A stretch of 64,000 nucleotides of DNA, from the NCBI GenBank assembly GCA_964016885.1, contig OZ024741.1:282720001-282784000 (forward strand), written 5' to 3'. This document shows positions 49,701 through 63,306 of the stretch, one piece after another. Numbering within the stretch: position 1 is the first letter of the stretch; the number at the start of each line of letters is the position of its first letter. The stretch is from Eledone cirrhosa (taxonomy: Eukaryota). The notes beneath the pieces were generated by a model. That model searched no databases and was not told the origin of the DNA. It saw only the letters and a list, made by a program, of their open reading frames with translations. The position numbers and the translations under genes are program-made.

Positions 49701-50764
49701 AATGGTAAATTAAAACAACCTTGTAATACACCCACTAGAGCTGTAGGTCAGAGAGAGATCCATCAATATATGCCATAGTGATGTGATCTGACAAGAAGCC
49801 ACAAACGAAAGATTTAAAAGACAGATGGAACTCAAAGGCAAATAATTTTGCTAGCTGATTTGAATGTCAGACAGATGAATACTTTGTCTTTCATTTTTTC
49901 AGGGTCAGTAAAATAAAGCAGAAGTCCGGATTAGCAGAATTGGAGGAGATGCATTGTAGTATTTGAGTTGGATATTTGTGTTCTGCATTCAAATCCTGCT
50001 GTGGCCTGCTTGGGGAGTCAGTCGTCTGATTTAATACCATTAACTGGCACTCGGAAATCCAATCTGTCGCAAACATTCAGGCTATTGCCTCTGGATTAGG
50101 GATACACACACCAATCTCAGAGGCACTGGAAAGTGTCATTAGCCCTCTCATTCCCCATTATCAGAGGCATTGGAAAATGTCCCACTATTAGATGCACTGG
50201 AAAATGACATTAGACCTGTCCTTCTCTCCCTCATTAAACACTAAAGACAAAATATCATTGCATGTGAATCAAAGACTCAAGTCAATTCCAAGTATTAGTC
50301 ATAGCATTTTCCAATGCATTTACACAGGTTATACATGGTACACATCTTGAAGTGGTTGGTATTAGGAAGGGCATCTAATCATAGAAATCAAGCCAACAAC
50401 GGAGCATACAAGCAAGCACCTCAACCATGCTATGGTCAGCACCATGGATAGAAAAGCATGGAAGAACATCATCATCGGAATCCATCATCCAGTGGCTCCC
50501 ACAGCACCATATTGGTTGAAAGGACTACCCCAATCACCAACTAGGGTACAATCATGCAGGTATGGAAAATAGATCAACTTATTTTCATGTCTGTCTTTTC
50601 ATGCTTGCATGGATTGGGCAAAAAATGATCTTGGAGGTATTTTAACTCAGAGCTTAAAAGTACTCAACAGAATACCACAAAAGAAGTTCTCAGACACACA
50701 ACCAACTCAGCTATTCTACACCTCAATGTATATGACCATAATAATAGTTGATCACTATAAATGA

Positions 50765-50910
50765 TAATTGAGAAAAACAGGTAAAATACCTTTGGAGACA
50801 TAAAAAAGTGGACAGAGGTGCTTGTAAGAGATGAGGGGTTCATTTCATCATAGATGCCTGTCCACTTTTATTCTATTTCCAGGGGTACTTTACCCAACTT
50901 TCTCAATTAT
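50765..50910. repeat. Old imperfect palindrome (MITE-like)
   Basis: ATAATTGAGAAA..GGTAAA.TACC..TGGA..AAAAGTGGACAG versus its reverse complement at about 50858-50910. Confidence 0.7.
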
Positions 50911-51634
50911 TATATTGGGTTGACATTGAGAAAGGGAACCAGCTGTAGAAAATCTGTTCAAAAAGTTCTTTCAATCCATCACAATGTTGATCTTTGGTAA
51001 GTTAACTTAGCATAGTTGATCCTTCTAGAGGCAACATCCAGTGAGATTTGAACTAAGCATAGCAAGCTAATACAATATTTGTTAATTATGCAGTAGTCCT
51101 GTTGCTTGTGGCAATGAGCTCTACCATCTACAGTAACTATTTGATTGAGAAAGTGTCATTAACTCCTTTGTTGTACGCAAACAAGTGAATTAATCATTAG
51201 TAAAACAGCTGAGGCCAAGCAAATGTATTTAAAATTCTATTCTATTTCTCTCTTGCACAACTTATGTAGGTTATCTATTTTTATCTTCTATATTAATTTT
51301 TCATCTCTATCAAAATGAAATTTCTACGTATGTATATACTATGCATCATCATCATCATCATTTAAATGTCCACTTTCCCTGCTGGAAAGGTTGGACGAGT
51401 CAACACAGACCAAGTCAGTACTGAAGCAATAGCTACTGATCTCCGAGACAACCTAAGGATCTGTCATCTCACTAATGTACAATCTCACATTCTACTGAAT
51501 GCACGTGTAAATAAAAAAAACAACTATATTCTATTTTGTTTACAGCCAGGTGAACTGAAGTATTTGACAGAAGACAGTTTAACATGGAACTGTGGGCACT
51601 TTGGTATGTAGTCTGATATGTATTAACCCTTTTG

Positions 51635-51975
51635 ATAGTCCAGTGGATGAGCAGAGCATCACTCAAAGAAAGGAAGACAATGAATTGCAGAAGATGATGG
51701 GAATAGAGACAATGATGATTGTTGTCAAGAGAAATGGAATGAGATGATTTGGTCATATGTTGAGGAAGATGAAAGTGACTGGATAAGAGGAGGGACATAA
51801 ATGAATGCAATAGGAAGTAGAAGGGGGAGATGAAGAATGACATAGCTAAAGATGATGGCGGAGGAAATGAAAACCGGGGGAGGGGGAGATGCAAACAACA
51901 GGGCAAAAATGGAGAAGCTTGCCACAGGACAGACAAGGCTAACCCTTCCTTTAGCAGAGAAAATGACCTTAAAAC
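51635..51975 (+). pseudogene. Degenerate RTE LINE C-terminal and 3' fragment
   Basis: RNGMR*FGHMLRK motif (RLRWFGHV-like); tail GGCTAACCC..GAAAATGACCTTAAAAC. Confidence 0.5.
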
Positions 51976-53794
51976 ATTTGTTATTGCTGATATCAACCGA
52001 ACTAAAATCACATTTCAGCTTAATTTGATATAAGAACTTTTTGCCAAGTTCAGTTACAAATACCATCTTGATAATGAAATAATGTTCAAGCCATTAGAAA
52101 TATGGTCATAAGAGAGTTAAATGCCTCCTGCAGCAGTAGTTCTTTATTGCACAAAAAGAAACTAACTCAGAAGAATAATCTGACAAACAAAATATTGTAA
52201 ACATTATGATTAAGGTGTTTGGTTCAACAAAAAGTAAGGAATGGGTATGGTGAGGGAAATGAACAGTTAATAATTGGCACTGGTTAAGTGACTTATGTGA
52301 AGGTGCATGGCTTAGTGGTTAGAACATTGGGCTTACAATCTTGAGGTTATGAGTTTGATTCTCGGACCAAGCTTTGCGTTGTTTTCTTGAGCAAAACACT
52401 TTATTTGACATTGCTCCAGTTCACTTAGCTATAGAAATGAGTTTACCCAGCTATGGGTTAAATAGCCTCACCAACCCACAATTGGCCAAGCGTGGTGAGT
52501 ACGGCTACACCCCTGACATGACCAAAACCAAAACAGAAAATGGTGGAGGTCAATCAGTAAGGGGTTCTTCCTGTAGGAGTGAAAAGGCCCTGGATTGACT
52601 GAAGTGACTTATTAGTATGCTTACTTTGAAATATCTGTAATTCCCCAAGGAAGTTCAGCAACGGAATTTCTTCTTCATTGTTTCCAGTGAAATCACAACA
52701 GCAGAACCTAGAATATAATAATAATAATTTCTTTATTAACCAAAGAGTTTACATCAAGAAAAACATTATGACAGCACAGGATGAAAACATAGTATGTGTA
52801 TTGAAAAATGTGTCATAACAAACCATCACCCACCCCAGACCCCTGGTTGCGGCCCAGTGGGATGTATGTGAATATACAGATATCCAAGGAAAATAATAAT
52901 AACGATTTTCAACATTGGCACAAGGCCAGCAATTTTCCAGGGAAGGGAAAGTTGATTAACTGACCCCAGTACTTGACTGGTACTTTATTTTATCGTTATC
53001 AAAAGGGTCAAAACCAAAGTTGACCTTGGTGGGATTTGAACTCACAAGTGATAGCTTGACATCTCAAAATTTACAGATTCACAAGCTGTGTAGACATTTA
53101 ATTAGATACAATAGATGCAGAAGTGAACCACTTTGTCCTCTGACTCCTATTTGAGTACCCATAACTTCTGCCTGAAAACACTCCTGGTTCTCGAGTGAAG
53201 GCTGTTTGTTTTAAAGTGTTTATATTTATCTAAAAACCTTCCGTCATAATTTTACGCAAAAACCTTTAAATTATATCCCAAACACCAGTTTGATAATGAT
53301 AAAGTTAGTTATATCACTAAATCCCTTCAAATTCTTCATTTTCAAAAATAATTTGAAAACCATGGGCAGTGTATTTTATTAGAAATATGGTAACAAAAAA
53401 GTTAAAAGAAGTAATAACAAAGACGTCATAATGTTGAACTATTTAGAAGGAACAATAGTTTAGCTATGATTTCTTAGTAAGCATACAAAATATTTCTCTC
53501 TCATTTCTTTACAATAAGAAAATTAAATAAAAAATATATTCTTGGTGTATATGTTCACTAAAATAGTGAGGATACATACTTTTACAGCTCGACAGAGATA
53601 AACTAAGTTAATTAATCAGGCTCTGAAGAAGAACGTAATTAAACTTTGATGAGTGGTAAATTAGAAGATTAAGGCAGCAAATTGACAGAATTGTTAGGGC
53701 ATTGGATAGAAGAATGTCATGCTTTCATATCCTGCTAACTTTTGCCTTTCATCCCTTCTGGATTGATAAAGTAGCAATCCAGCCCAGGGAGTTC

Positions 53795-54072
53795 ATTCTG
53801 GTGCCATGACAAAAAGCACCCAGTCATGTAAGTGCTGGTGCCATGACAAAAAGTGCCTAGTCCACTCTGAAGGTTCGAGTGTTGAAATCACAATAAAATG
53901 TTCCCAGTAGATGCTGCAAAGTGGTTAGTGTTAGGAAGGACAACCAGCCGTAGAAACCAAGCCAAAAAATGAAATGTACGAGCAAGAGAGTCACTTGACC
54001 AGTTGAAACTCATATGAGAACCCATCTAACCCATACAAGCATGGCAAATAGAAATTATATAATGATGATGAT
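53795..54072 (+). mobile_element. Short non-autonomous element sharing the RTE 3' end (family C)
   Basis: GTTAGGAAGG.CA.CCAGCCGTAGAAA..AACCCAT.CAAGCATGG..(GAT)n; other copies at about 14300-14440, 33378-33580, 41445-41550, 59358-59535, 63195-63300. Confidence 0.7.
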
Positions 54073-54339
54073 GGAGTTCACTAAAACTAAGAAAGAATTG
54101 AGCCAACAAGAAAGCTGCAAAATAACTGCTCTAGCTACAAAAAATCTCTATCAAATCTTACCGAACCATCTTAGAAAGGGTAAGACATAGGATAAAAATA
54201 CTTGAGCTCCTTTTTGAAGTATTGTTTTATGGCCAGATACCTTTCCTAGCACCAAGTCTTTTAGCAGAGATACCTATTCTAAACTGGCTACACATTTGAT
54301 AAAGTTGTCATGGGTGGAATGTCTGCTCAAAACAATAAT

Positions 54340-54514
54340 TGTTTCTACTTTAGGCACAAGGCCAGCAATTACCCAGTGCATTACTGGTACTTTATTTTAT
54401 CGACCTCGTAAGGATGAAAGGCAAAGTCAACCTCGGCGGGATTTGAACTCAGATCGTAAAGGGACGTAACTATGCTGGAAAGCATGGTGTCCGACCCTCA
54501 ACTGATACTGCCAA
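54340..54514 (-). mobile_element. Young SINE family A with up to 18-bp TSD
   Basis: TCTGCTCAAAACAATAAT at 54322-54339 and 54515-54532; near-identical to the reverse complement of 23236-23418. Confidence 0.9.
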
Positions 54515-56189
54515 TCTGCTCAAAACAATAATGACCTCTAAACAACAGAAAAGATATTTGTAATTTGTATTCTGGTGGGAAAAATTTTTTTAAAACTTTT
54601 TTTTTTTTTTGTTTTTTGTTTTTTTTCCAGAATCTAATTTATATACAATAAAAAGGAACCCCTAGAAAATATGCTGCCGATAGAAGTTATTTCAACACAA
54701 ACAAAGCAAGTGATCAGTGAAAGGAAATATTGCTGATACTCTAGTTAAGTTGACAGTGTAATTATACTTGATCAAAAGAAATCATTATTCAAACTAGGGC
54801 ATTTTATAAACTGATGAAAATGTTACTATTGTCATCTGGTCTCAGGTCAGCACTACTTGAGTATTCAGATGTACAGGTGTTGCAGTCGTCACGCCTTTTT
54901 ATACAAAACAACAGGATGTGATTTGCGGAAGGCTTGGTTCTTATTTCCAGCAGTTTGAGTAATTACATAGATGCTCCATTGTAGATAAAATAATCTTAAT
55001 GGTCGGAAACAATTTAGAGAATTCTTGGGCATAGAAATGATAGAGACTACATAAGGTTTATGACAGTGTTACCCAGTAAAACAGTGAAGTGTGAAAACAG
55101 ATGGCCTCTTAATGTCTTCAATGAAATAAGAATAGATTAAGATGAAACACACAAACAAATAATGATTTCTAATTTAAGCACAAAGCCAGCAATTTGGGAG
55201 AGGGGAAAGCCAATTAAATCAACCTTGGTACTTGACTGGTACTTTATTTTATCAATCTCTGATGCCCCAATGATTCTACCAATTCACCACCTCTCCACAC
55301 ACACACACAACAATAACATCATAATTGTTTAACATCCATTTTCCCTTTAGCAAGGGTTGGCCATAACATCACAGAATGGTCTGGAGCTACTGACCTCTCA
55401 GATGAGCCAGGGGACCCACAATCATAGTATTAGTAAATAGAACAATAATAATCACCAACTTTTTTTTTCCACTGTATATTCTATTCTACTGCAGTTGTTT
55501 AACTCATTACCTTATTTCTAATGATTTCTAATGATTTCAAAAACATTTTACAAAAAAGATTAAAATAAGGAGAGAAAAAATTAAATAAAGGGAAAAGGGA
55601 AAAAACATTGTAGAAATGTAATGTATCCACCATCTCCACCAGATCAGTTTGTTTGGCCTCCAGGCACTCGTGTTTTCAAGAGAATTAGAGAACCTTTCTC
55701 ATTATCAAGCTGTTATTAGGAACAAAGATTCTTACATAAAATTATGATGAAACGTTTTGTATCATAGAATAAAGGCCAGTTTGGTATCAAAAGGATTAAT
55801 AGTCCCTAGTGATATTTCCACTTTACTGTTTATCATGCAGATATCCCAGTTTTTTTAAAAATAAACTACACAGCTATAGTTGTAAACCTATAATGCATAA
55901 TCTTGTTTTGTGGATCCATCTCTACTCATCAAGTTTTCTGAAATTCTTGTCACATGTTTCTTTACCATGACCCATCCAGATGCAACTTATTCCAGAAGTT
56001 TATACTATATATCAACAGAAAGTAGTATGAAAATGTTACAATAGGAAATTAGAAGAGCTTATTCTTAGTGGAAACATGAGACGGATTCAGTTCCAGTGAT
56101 CAGACATGGAACAGAGAGTCAAATGACTCAAGACAGGACTAAGAGCTTGAAAACATGGAAACACCACCCACCATAGATAGTGAACTCAC

Positions 56190-56423
56190 TTAATCCTCTT
56201 GATACATAACCCCATGAAACCACCTGTGGTTCTATTATACAAAACTGTTTATAAAAAGAAAAAAAGAATTTCATCATAATTTTATGTAAAAACCTTTAAG
56301 TTATGTTCCAACACCATCTGGATAATGAGAAAGCTAATTATATTACTAAATCCTTCCAAATACTTGAATATTTTGAAAAGCATAGGTAGTGTTTCATTAG
56401 ACATCTGGTATTAAAAGGGTTAA
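56190..56423. mobile_element. piggyBac-like MITE (TTAA target)
   Basis: TTAA-TCCTCTTGATAC...GTATTAAAAGGG-TTAA; related copies at about 32800-33012, 35651-35850, 43072-43260, 53145-53405, 57450-57547, 59187-59345, 61770-61950, 62037-62225. Confidence 0.65.
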
Positions 56424-56729
56424 AGCATCATATAATGAGATGGTGTCACATTTTATTTGTCAATTTGGAGAAAACAGTTGATAGTCTGTAGTCTGAAAAA
56501 ATTAGGTGGGGATGAGTGTTTTGGGAGAAATTTTTAACCATTTCATTACCATATTTCTAATGAAACAGATAAAGAATTTGGAGGAATTTGGTAATATAAC
56601 TTTTTCATTGTGGGTGTTGGACTCCGCCAAGGGTGCATACCTTTCCTGTTCATTATTTTCATGAACAGGATTGACGTGCAGCCAAGTTGGAAGAGGTACC
56701 TTGACAGGCAGGTATAGAATCAGTTGGCT

Positions 56730-57420
56730 GGAATTTGTAAATATGGTATTACAACTCGACAGATGATCTTCGACTTGCACTTGATAAGTTTGATGTCGAG
56801 TGCTGCATGGTTGGAATGAAAATCAGTGCTGTGAAAACTGACACTTATCCTCTCAAGGAACCCTGCGCAGAATGGAGTTCCACTAAAGAAGGTGGAGAAG
56901 TTAAAGTATCTCAGGGCAGTGTGCACGAGTAATGGAAGGCAGGCGGCTGAATTACATGCAAGAATTGCAGGAGCTGGAGTAATAATGTGCCAGCTTCAGC
57001 AGCAGAAGAAGGGAGGAAGGTGTAAAAGCCAAACTTGCTATCTTCAATTCAGTATACATGCTAACCCTTATCTGGGTAATGACCAAAAGAATACAAGCGG
57101 CCAAAATGTGGTTCCTCTGAAGGGTCTTTGGAGTAACATTACTCGAAAGAGTGTGTAGTTCAGAGCTCAAAGAGCTGCTCTAGGTAGAGCCACTACCTCT
57201 CCCAATTGGGAGATCACAACTCTGATATTATAGGCAAGTGGTTAGAATATCTCAGAAAAGAATTGCTGGACAGATTTTACAGGCAAAACCAACAGACATG
57301 TGATCCAGGGGTAGACCCCAAGCAAGATAGTTGGATAACATCCATGAGCTTGGGGATTCAGCCAGGACCTGCTGAAAGGAGTGCTTGAGGATTCCGCCAC
57401 CATGGCCCACTAAGGGATAT
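56730..57420 (+). pseudogene. Degenerate RTE LINE RT C-terminal remnant
   Basis: KVEKLKYL.AVCTSNGRQ..EL.ARI..A; GRP-like motif near 57310; multiple frameshifts. Confidence 0.6.
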
Positions 57421-57682
57421 GTAGGCAAAGAAGAAAAGAAACAAAGCTTCTGACATAAAATTATGAGAGTTTTTAGATAAATGTAAACACTTTAAAGTAA
57501 CAGTTTTATATCACAAACCAAGGATGGTTTGGTAACAAAAGGGTTAAGTCACATGAGAGCATGAAAAGAGCAATTAAAAGCTTATTACTTTTGCCTTACT
57601 TCTTGCTAAAAGTTTACTATTACTAGAATTGTATTCTATACAGAGCAAGGCATTAAAAATTCAAAGCAACAAAGAAAATAAT

Positions 57683-57797
57683 TGTTTCTACTTTAGGCAC
57701 AAGGCCAGCAATTACCCAACTTTATTTTATCGACTCCATAAGGATGAAAGGCAAAGTTAACCTCAGCGGGATTCGAACTCAGACTGTAAAGGGACGT
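57683..57797 (-). mobile_element. SINE family A, 5'-truncated, 11-bp TSD
   Basis: AAGAAAATAAT at 57672-57682 and 57798-57808. Confidence 0.85.
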
Positions 57798-58951
57798 AAG
57801 AAAATAATGATGTTGACTTAGTTAAATGAAATTTGACAAGTAGCTTCTTGCTCTGCAGTACCTACTATATATACAATGAATGAATGAAAGGATTTAAAAA
57901 AAATATATAAAACATTCTGTTGAAATTTGAGGTCACTTACCTCATTAAAATATTAACAATTATTAAGAGCCAACAAAGAAGCTATGTGGTTGCTTATCCT
58001 ACTAAAATAGCAATCAAATTATCTTGAAACCTCACCCTACCATCTTGAAAAAGAAACTCTGGATTGTTTTCAAAACTAATCAAAATATGGTAACAAATGT
58101 GTTAATTATATTTGCCATAGTCCCTATTACCTAAATATAAAAAGTTACCATGAGTACAAAGACTTCATTAATGTAAGCAGAATTGTGTACTCTTCTTTAA
58201 TTTAATTTCATGTAATAGTTATTCAACGTAATTTTCGAGCCTATCCTGGTTTTATTGGCATTAAGTGACAGAGTACAAGACACAGAACTCCTCAAGAGGG
58301 AGAGAAAATGCTTGTCCATCTCAAAGGGTTAATATTCCAGCTGCTGTTGGTACTCATTTTTTAGCTGAGTTGACTGTAGCAACTTGAAATACAGTATTTT
58401 ATTCAAGAACAGAACTAATGAAACTTGTTGAATTTAATATGTTAATATTTCTTATTTTCTAAATTATTTGAAACAGTGTATTTTATTATAAATATAGTGA
58501 CGAAATGGTTAAAACAGTTACAGTATATTTAAACTGTTAGCTAGTAGTCCAATAACTTATCCATTCAGTCATTTCTTTGCTTACAAAGGTAGATTACATT
58601 ACATGTAATACTTGTCTTACCTCAGAGTGGAGTGTAAACTAATTGTGGTACAGTTGAAATGAGTTGCAAGATTATTTAGTAACAATTCATTTCTCATATT
58701 CTTAGATAAATCATCTATGGAATTTTCTTGAAAGATAAAATATACTGAAAGTTAACAAAATAATTTGTTGATTTTGTAAAGGTGAGCTCTATCTAATCAC
58801 TAATCATTGTACCTATCCATTTAAAGTTTACATCATGCATTTTGTGAACAATAGTGCTGTTGGTTATAGGTTTCCAATGGACCAACCATGGTTCATTACA
58901 TTTTCTGAACAATCAGGCCTGACCTTGAGATGAACAACAACTAAGCTGAGT

Positions 58952-59169
58952 TTAACCCTTTAATGTTCAAACCGGCCAGAATTCTCTACCTTTTTCTGTT
59001 GAAACTGGCTGTAATTGGTCACTCAAACTGATGTTAAGGTATTGTTCCCAAAATAAATACTTTCAAAATCTCATAGATTCGATATTATGTGAGATAATTA
59101 TGTGAGGTAAAGCCTTTACCATGAAAATATAATAGTATATATAGAGTAATGTGAATGCTAAAGGGTTAA
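58952..59169. mobile_element. piggyBac-like MITE, second family
   Basis: TTAA-CCCTTTAATGTTCA ... TGAATGCTAAAGGG-TTAA. Confidence 0.75.
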
Positions 59170-59877
59170 AAATGAAAAAAGGACAATTAACCCTTTTGAT
59201 ACCAACTTGCATGAAACTGCCTCCAGTTCTACGATACAAAACTGTTTATCTTAAAGTATTTATATTTATCTAAAAACCTCCATCATAATTTTATGTAGGC
59301 ATCTTTTAAGTAATGTTCCAAACATCAGCCATCAGTTTAATAATGGAACCAAACATATGCTGTAAATGTGGTTGGTGTTAGGAAGGGCATTGAGCTGTAG
59401 AAACCAAGCCAGAAACAGTTCTGTATGAGCAACACACAGTCAATTACCTGATCTGACTTGTCTCACAACAGGGACAACTTGTCTAATCCATGCTAGCATG
59501 GAAAATGGATGTTGAACAATGATGATGATGATGATATGACCTTTTATGTATTTACAAAGTTTTATAGCTTAAAAGAAAATAATCAAAATGTCACAACTAT
59601 CAACCATCATATGCCATATGCGTTTGTGTATTTTTATATATATCCATCTGGAACTCTGAACTTTACACACACACGTACAATGCATTTCCTATAACAGTTA
59701 TGTATATTATAATATGAAGTTCATTTTTCAATCATAAGGTCCTGGGTTCTAACCCTACAATTGTCCCTGTAAATAGTTATTTCTCCAATGTTGTCCATAT
59801 ATCAAATGCTGTATGTCATTTGTACATACATGCTGAATATTTACGTAATTATATTTTAGAAATGAATTATTAAAATA

Positions 59878-61488
59878 CTAGCAGAGGTACCCGGCATTGC
59901 TCGGGTATTAAATATCAGTTATGTATACCATTTATGTCAATACTTCAGTGCTGCTTCGAAAACTATACTTTTACAAAATCATCGGCTTTTTCCAAAAGGA
60001 GGTTCCTGCTCCCAGGGATCCCCTACTCAATATGTGCCAATTCTGAGAGTTCACATTCATCTGTAGAACAAACGTAGCCCATGTGTCAAGTTTTGTGAAA
60101 ATCGATTGCGAACTCCAGAAGTTATGACGTTTTGTTGCATTGCACTGCAGTGATTCAGTCGACTCCAAGGAAGTGGTTAAAGGGGGTTATCTGCCGGGAG
60201 GCCCTATAATCAATATCTGGAAAAATGAAAGTGCCCATGACCATCTGGAGTACATAAGTAACCTATGTCTTAAGTTTGGTGAAAATACTGTAGAAATGCA
60301 TAAGGTTTACATGTGCGTGTGTATTTGTGTGTGCGTATGTATATGTATGTCCGTCGGCGCATAGGTATGTACTGGTCTAAATCTTCACTATTTACTTTTA
60401 CTATTTTAAGGCAAAGTTAAAATCCCATCGAGGTTAACTTTGCCTTTCATCCTTACAGGGTCAATAAAATAGAGTACCAGTAATGTACTGGGTAATTGCT
60501 GGCCTTGTGCCAAAAGTAGAAACAACTATTTTAATAACCTGTCATTTTCGTTTACAATTTTATTTACATCATTCTTAAACTCCGGGGCTGGAAATCATGC
60601 GGTTATTTTAAATAGAATATTAGTCTAACGACTCCATTTACACCACAAACATGGTCATCTTTGCATGAAATTGTTCTTCTCGGTCCACATAACGACGTAT
60701 TATCCTCGCCTTTTTTCCGTTCATTACCAGGGAACGACTTCGCGAACCAAAATATCGTCTTCCTGTTTTCCTTCGGTTGCAACGTTTCTCGAAATATTTA
60801 ATTCTGCATTCACAGATTGAAGTTTTTAGTTTCAGAAGATCCTGTTAATGTTGAAAGCAGCAATTCTTTGCTTAAACTTTCTTTCTTTCTCAACCCCTCT
60901 CCCTTTTTCCTCATACCCCCTCTCTCTCTCTCTCTCTCTCTCCCTCTACAGAATGGAGAACAATAAAGAGCGCGCAGATCTCTCTCTCTCCCTCTACAGA
61001 ATGGAGAACAATAAAGAACGCGCAGATCGATCTCTCTCTGTCTTTATATATATATGTGTTTGTGTGTGTGTGTGAACCAGCGTTCATCGCCATTCTCTCT
61101 CTCTCTATCTCTATCTGATTATCTTGTACCTCTCTCTGTATAACGACCTATCTCACTCTCTCTCTCTACATCTCCCTTTCTCTCTTTAGATGTATATATA
61201 TAGAGAGAGAGTTGCAACATGTATGTAGTTTCATAGATTTTTGAGGGTAGTAGTGAGAGTGAATAAGCGTGTAAGAGAGAGGGTTACAGCATGTATTTAG
61301 TTTTATTGATTTTTTTCATAGAACCAGGAAACTTTTGGCAAAGTTTATTACGCGGTGACCATCCTTGGTAAATTTGTAGCACATTGGAAAAAAAAAAAAA
61401 TCAAAATCGGTAGAGAAATGTGGAAATGCATAAAAATCATACACACACACAGACAGACATCTTCCGTTTTATATATATAGAGAAGAGA
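59878..61488 (-). mobile_element. Non-autonomous Helitron-like element with nested or captured repeats
   Basis: Minus 5' A|TCTCTTCTCTATATATATAAAACGG; 3' hairpin TACCCG-AGCAATGC-CGGGTA then CCTCTG-CTAG|T; contains SINE A (about 60375-60528) and a 50-bp duplication (about 60930-61030). Confidence 0.7.
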
Positions 61489-63306
61489 TAATTTTAATCC
61501 TTAATCATTTTCACGCTATAGGTTTTCTCGATTGTTCATATATCCAGTAATCTTGTTATATATGACATACCAATCTTGGACTCTAAAAATTATATACATT
61601 CAATGCTATTGAGCTGATCTCACTATAATTTTCACTCTCCAATGCATTTTTATTACACTTAGACAAATCAATTATTGTACTACCTACTTTTTTCCAGTGC
61701 AATCTAATTAACCTTTCATTACTGTATTTATAAAGAAATATACAGCAAGCATAGAAAATAGATGTTAAACGATAATGATGAATGAAGAATTTGGAGGGAT
61801 TTACTAAAACTGTTAATTCAATATTAAGATGGCATTTATAACTTAACAAAAAGTTTTCAAATTATGTTGGAAAATTTTAAGTAAGAACACTTTAAAATGG
61901 GTGATTTTATTTCATAGAACCAGAGTCAGTTTTGGACAGATTGGGATCAAGCTACTTTCATCATATTGGCAACACATATGGACTTGTTACACTTATTTCC
62001 TTTATGACCTTAATTGTTTTACTAACCAGAGTTGTATTAACCCTTTGGTTACTAACCCAACCAAAATCATCTTTGGTTCTATGAAATAAAGCTCCCAATT
62101 TTAAAGATTTCCAATTTAAATTAAAATCTTCCTACATAATTTTATATAAGAACCTTACATTAAGTTACTGTCTTAATAATGAAATAATAATTTTAGTAAA
62201 TCCCACAAAATTCTTCATTAATTAAGTGTATAAACAACTATGTCATTTCAAACTTTTGTAAAAGATATAATGCTTGATCCCTGTTAAAGATTATAATTTG
62301 AAGATAAATTTGTGGAAGAGTAAAATATCTGAACCGTATGTTTTACTTTATCTAACACCATACCTATGTTTGTTCAAATCCTAGTGAAATCAACTATTTG
62401 ATTTCTACACCTATATATGTAGATGGGATTCCAAACTATTATCAGAATCGGGACGAAAACAAGAGAGTAAAATGGTGTCACCAATAAAGCTTCCGTTTAT
62501 GAACAATAGAGTAACTGTATATTAAGTTCTAAGCCAAACACAGGTTCTTTCTGATATTTATAAAATAAGTACCAGTATTGTGTATGGATTACATTTAATC
62601 AAATATACATTCACATATGAAAATTGGCATCGAGCGTAGTAAATATTTACAATAAAAAAAAAAAATCTTCACTTATGTATATATAGATGTATGTGCACAT
62701 CTAAATATTTGTGTAAACATAAGCTGACAAAAGCACAATTCAAATAGTATCAGTAAATTTAGGAGACTAGCACTGAAGAAATACGTAAATATTTCCTCTT
62801 TACAGAACACTAACAAATATATCTCGTATATATTTTGCATGTCAAATATGCAATTTTCAAAACTGATTATATTTATTATAACTCCATCATTAAATTACAA
62901 ATATACATGTCTGTTCAATTTTATTATCACCTTATACAATGTTACTCATTGTTCTTAATGACTATCTATAGAAGATAATCTGCTTGGAAATAAACTAAAT
63001 GTAAAAGTATATCACTTTAGTATTCTACCTAAATATAGATCAAGGCAGAAGAGAGGATTAAAAGATTGACCTCAACACTATCTGAGTTAGAGGAAAAAAA
63101 AGATTTATTTAATAAATATATAATATATGTATGCCATGTGTGCTCCAGTTTTTAGATACACTGTATCCCTGCATGTTGTAAGAGCTGACTAAAAGGGTTA
63201 GCGTTAGGAAGGGCATCCAGCTGTAAAACATTGTCTCAAAATATCCTATTCAACTTCCGGCATGGAATAGTGGACGTAAATATGATGATGATGATGATTA
63301 TATATA

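Noticed and set aside
50765-50910. Palindrome as a fifth double-hammerhead element
   Set aside because: No CTGANGA/GAAA pair recognisable in either arm
57930-58630. Minus-strand donor-like GAG|GTAAG motifs as upstream ZNF exons
   Set aside because: No supporting acceptor, promoter or transcript evidence from sequence alone
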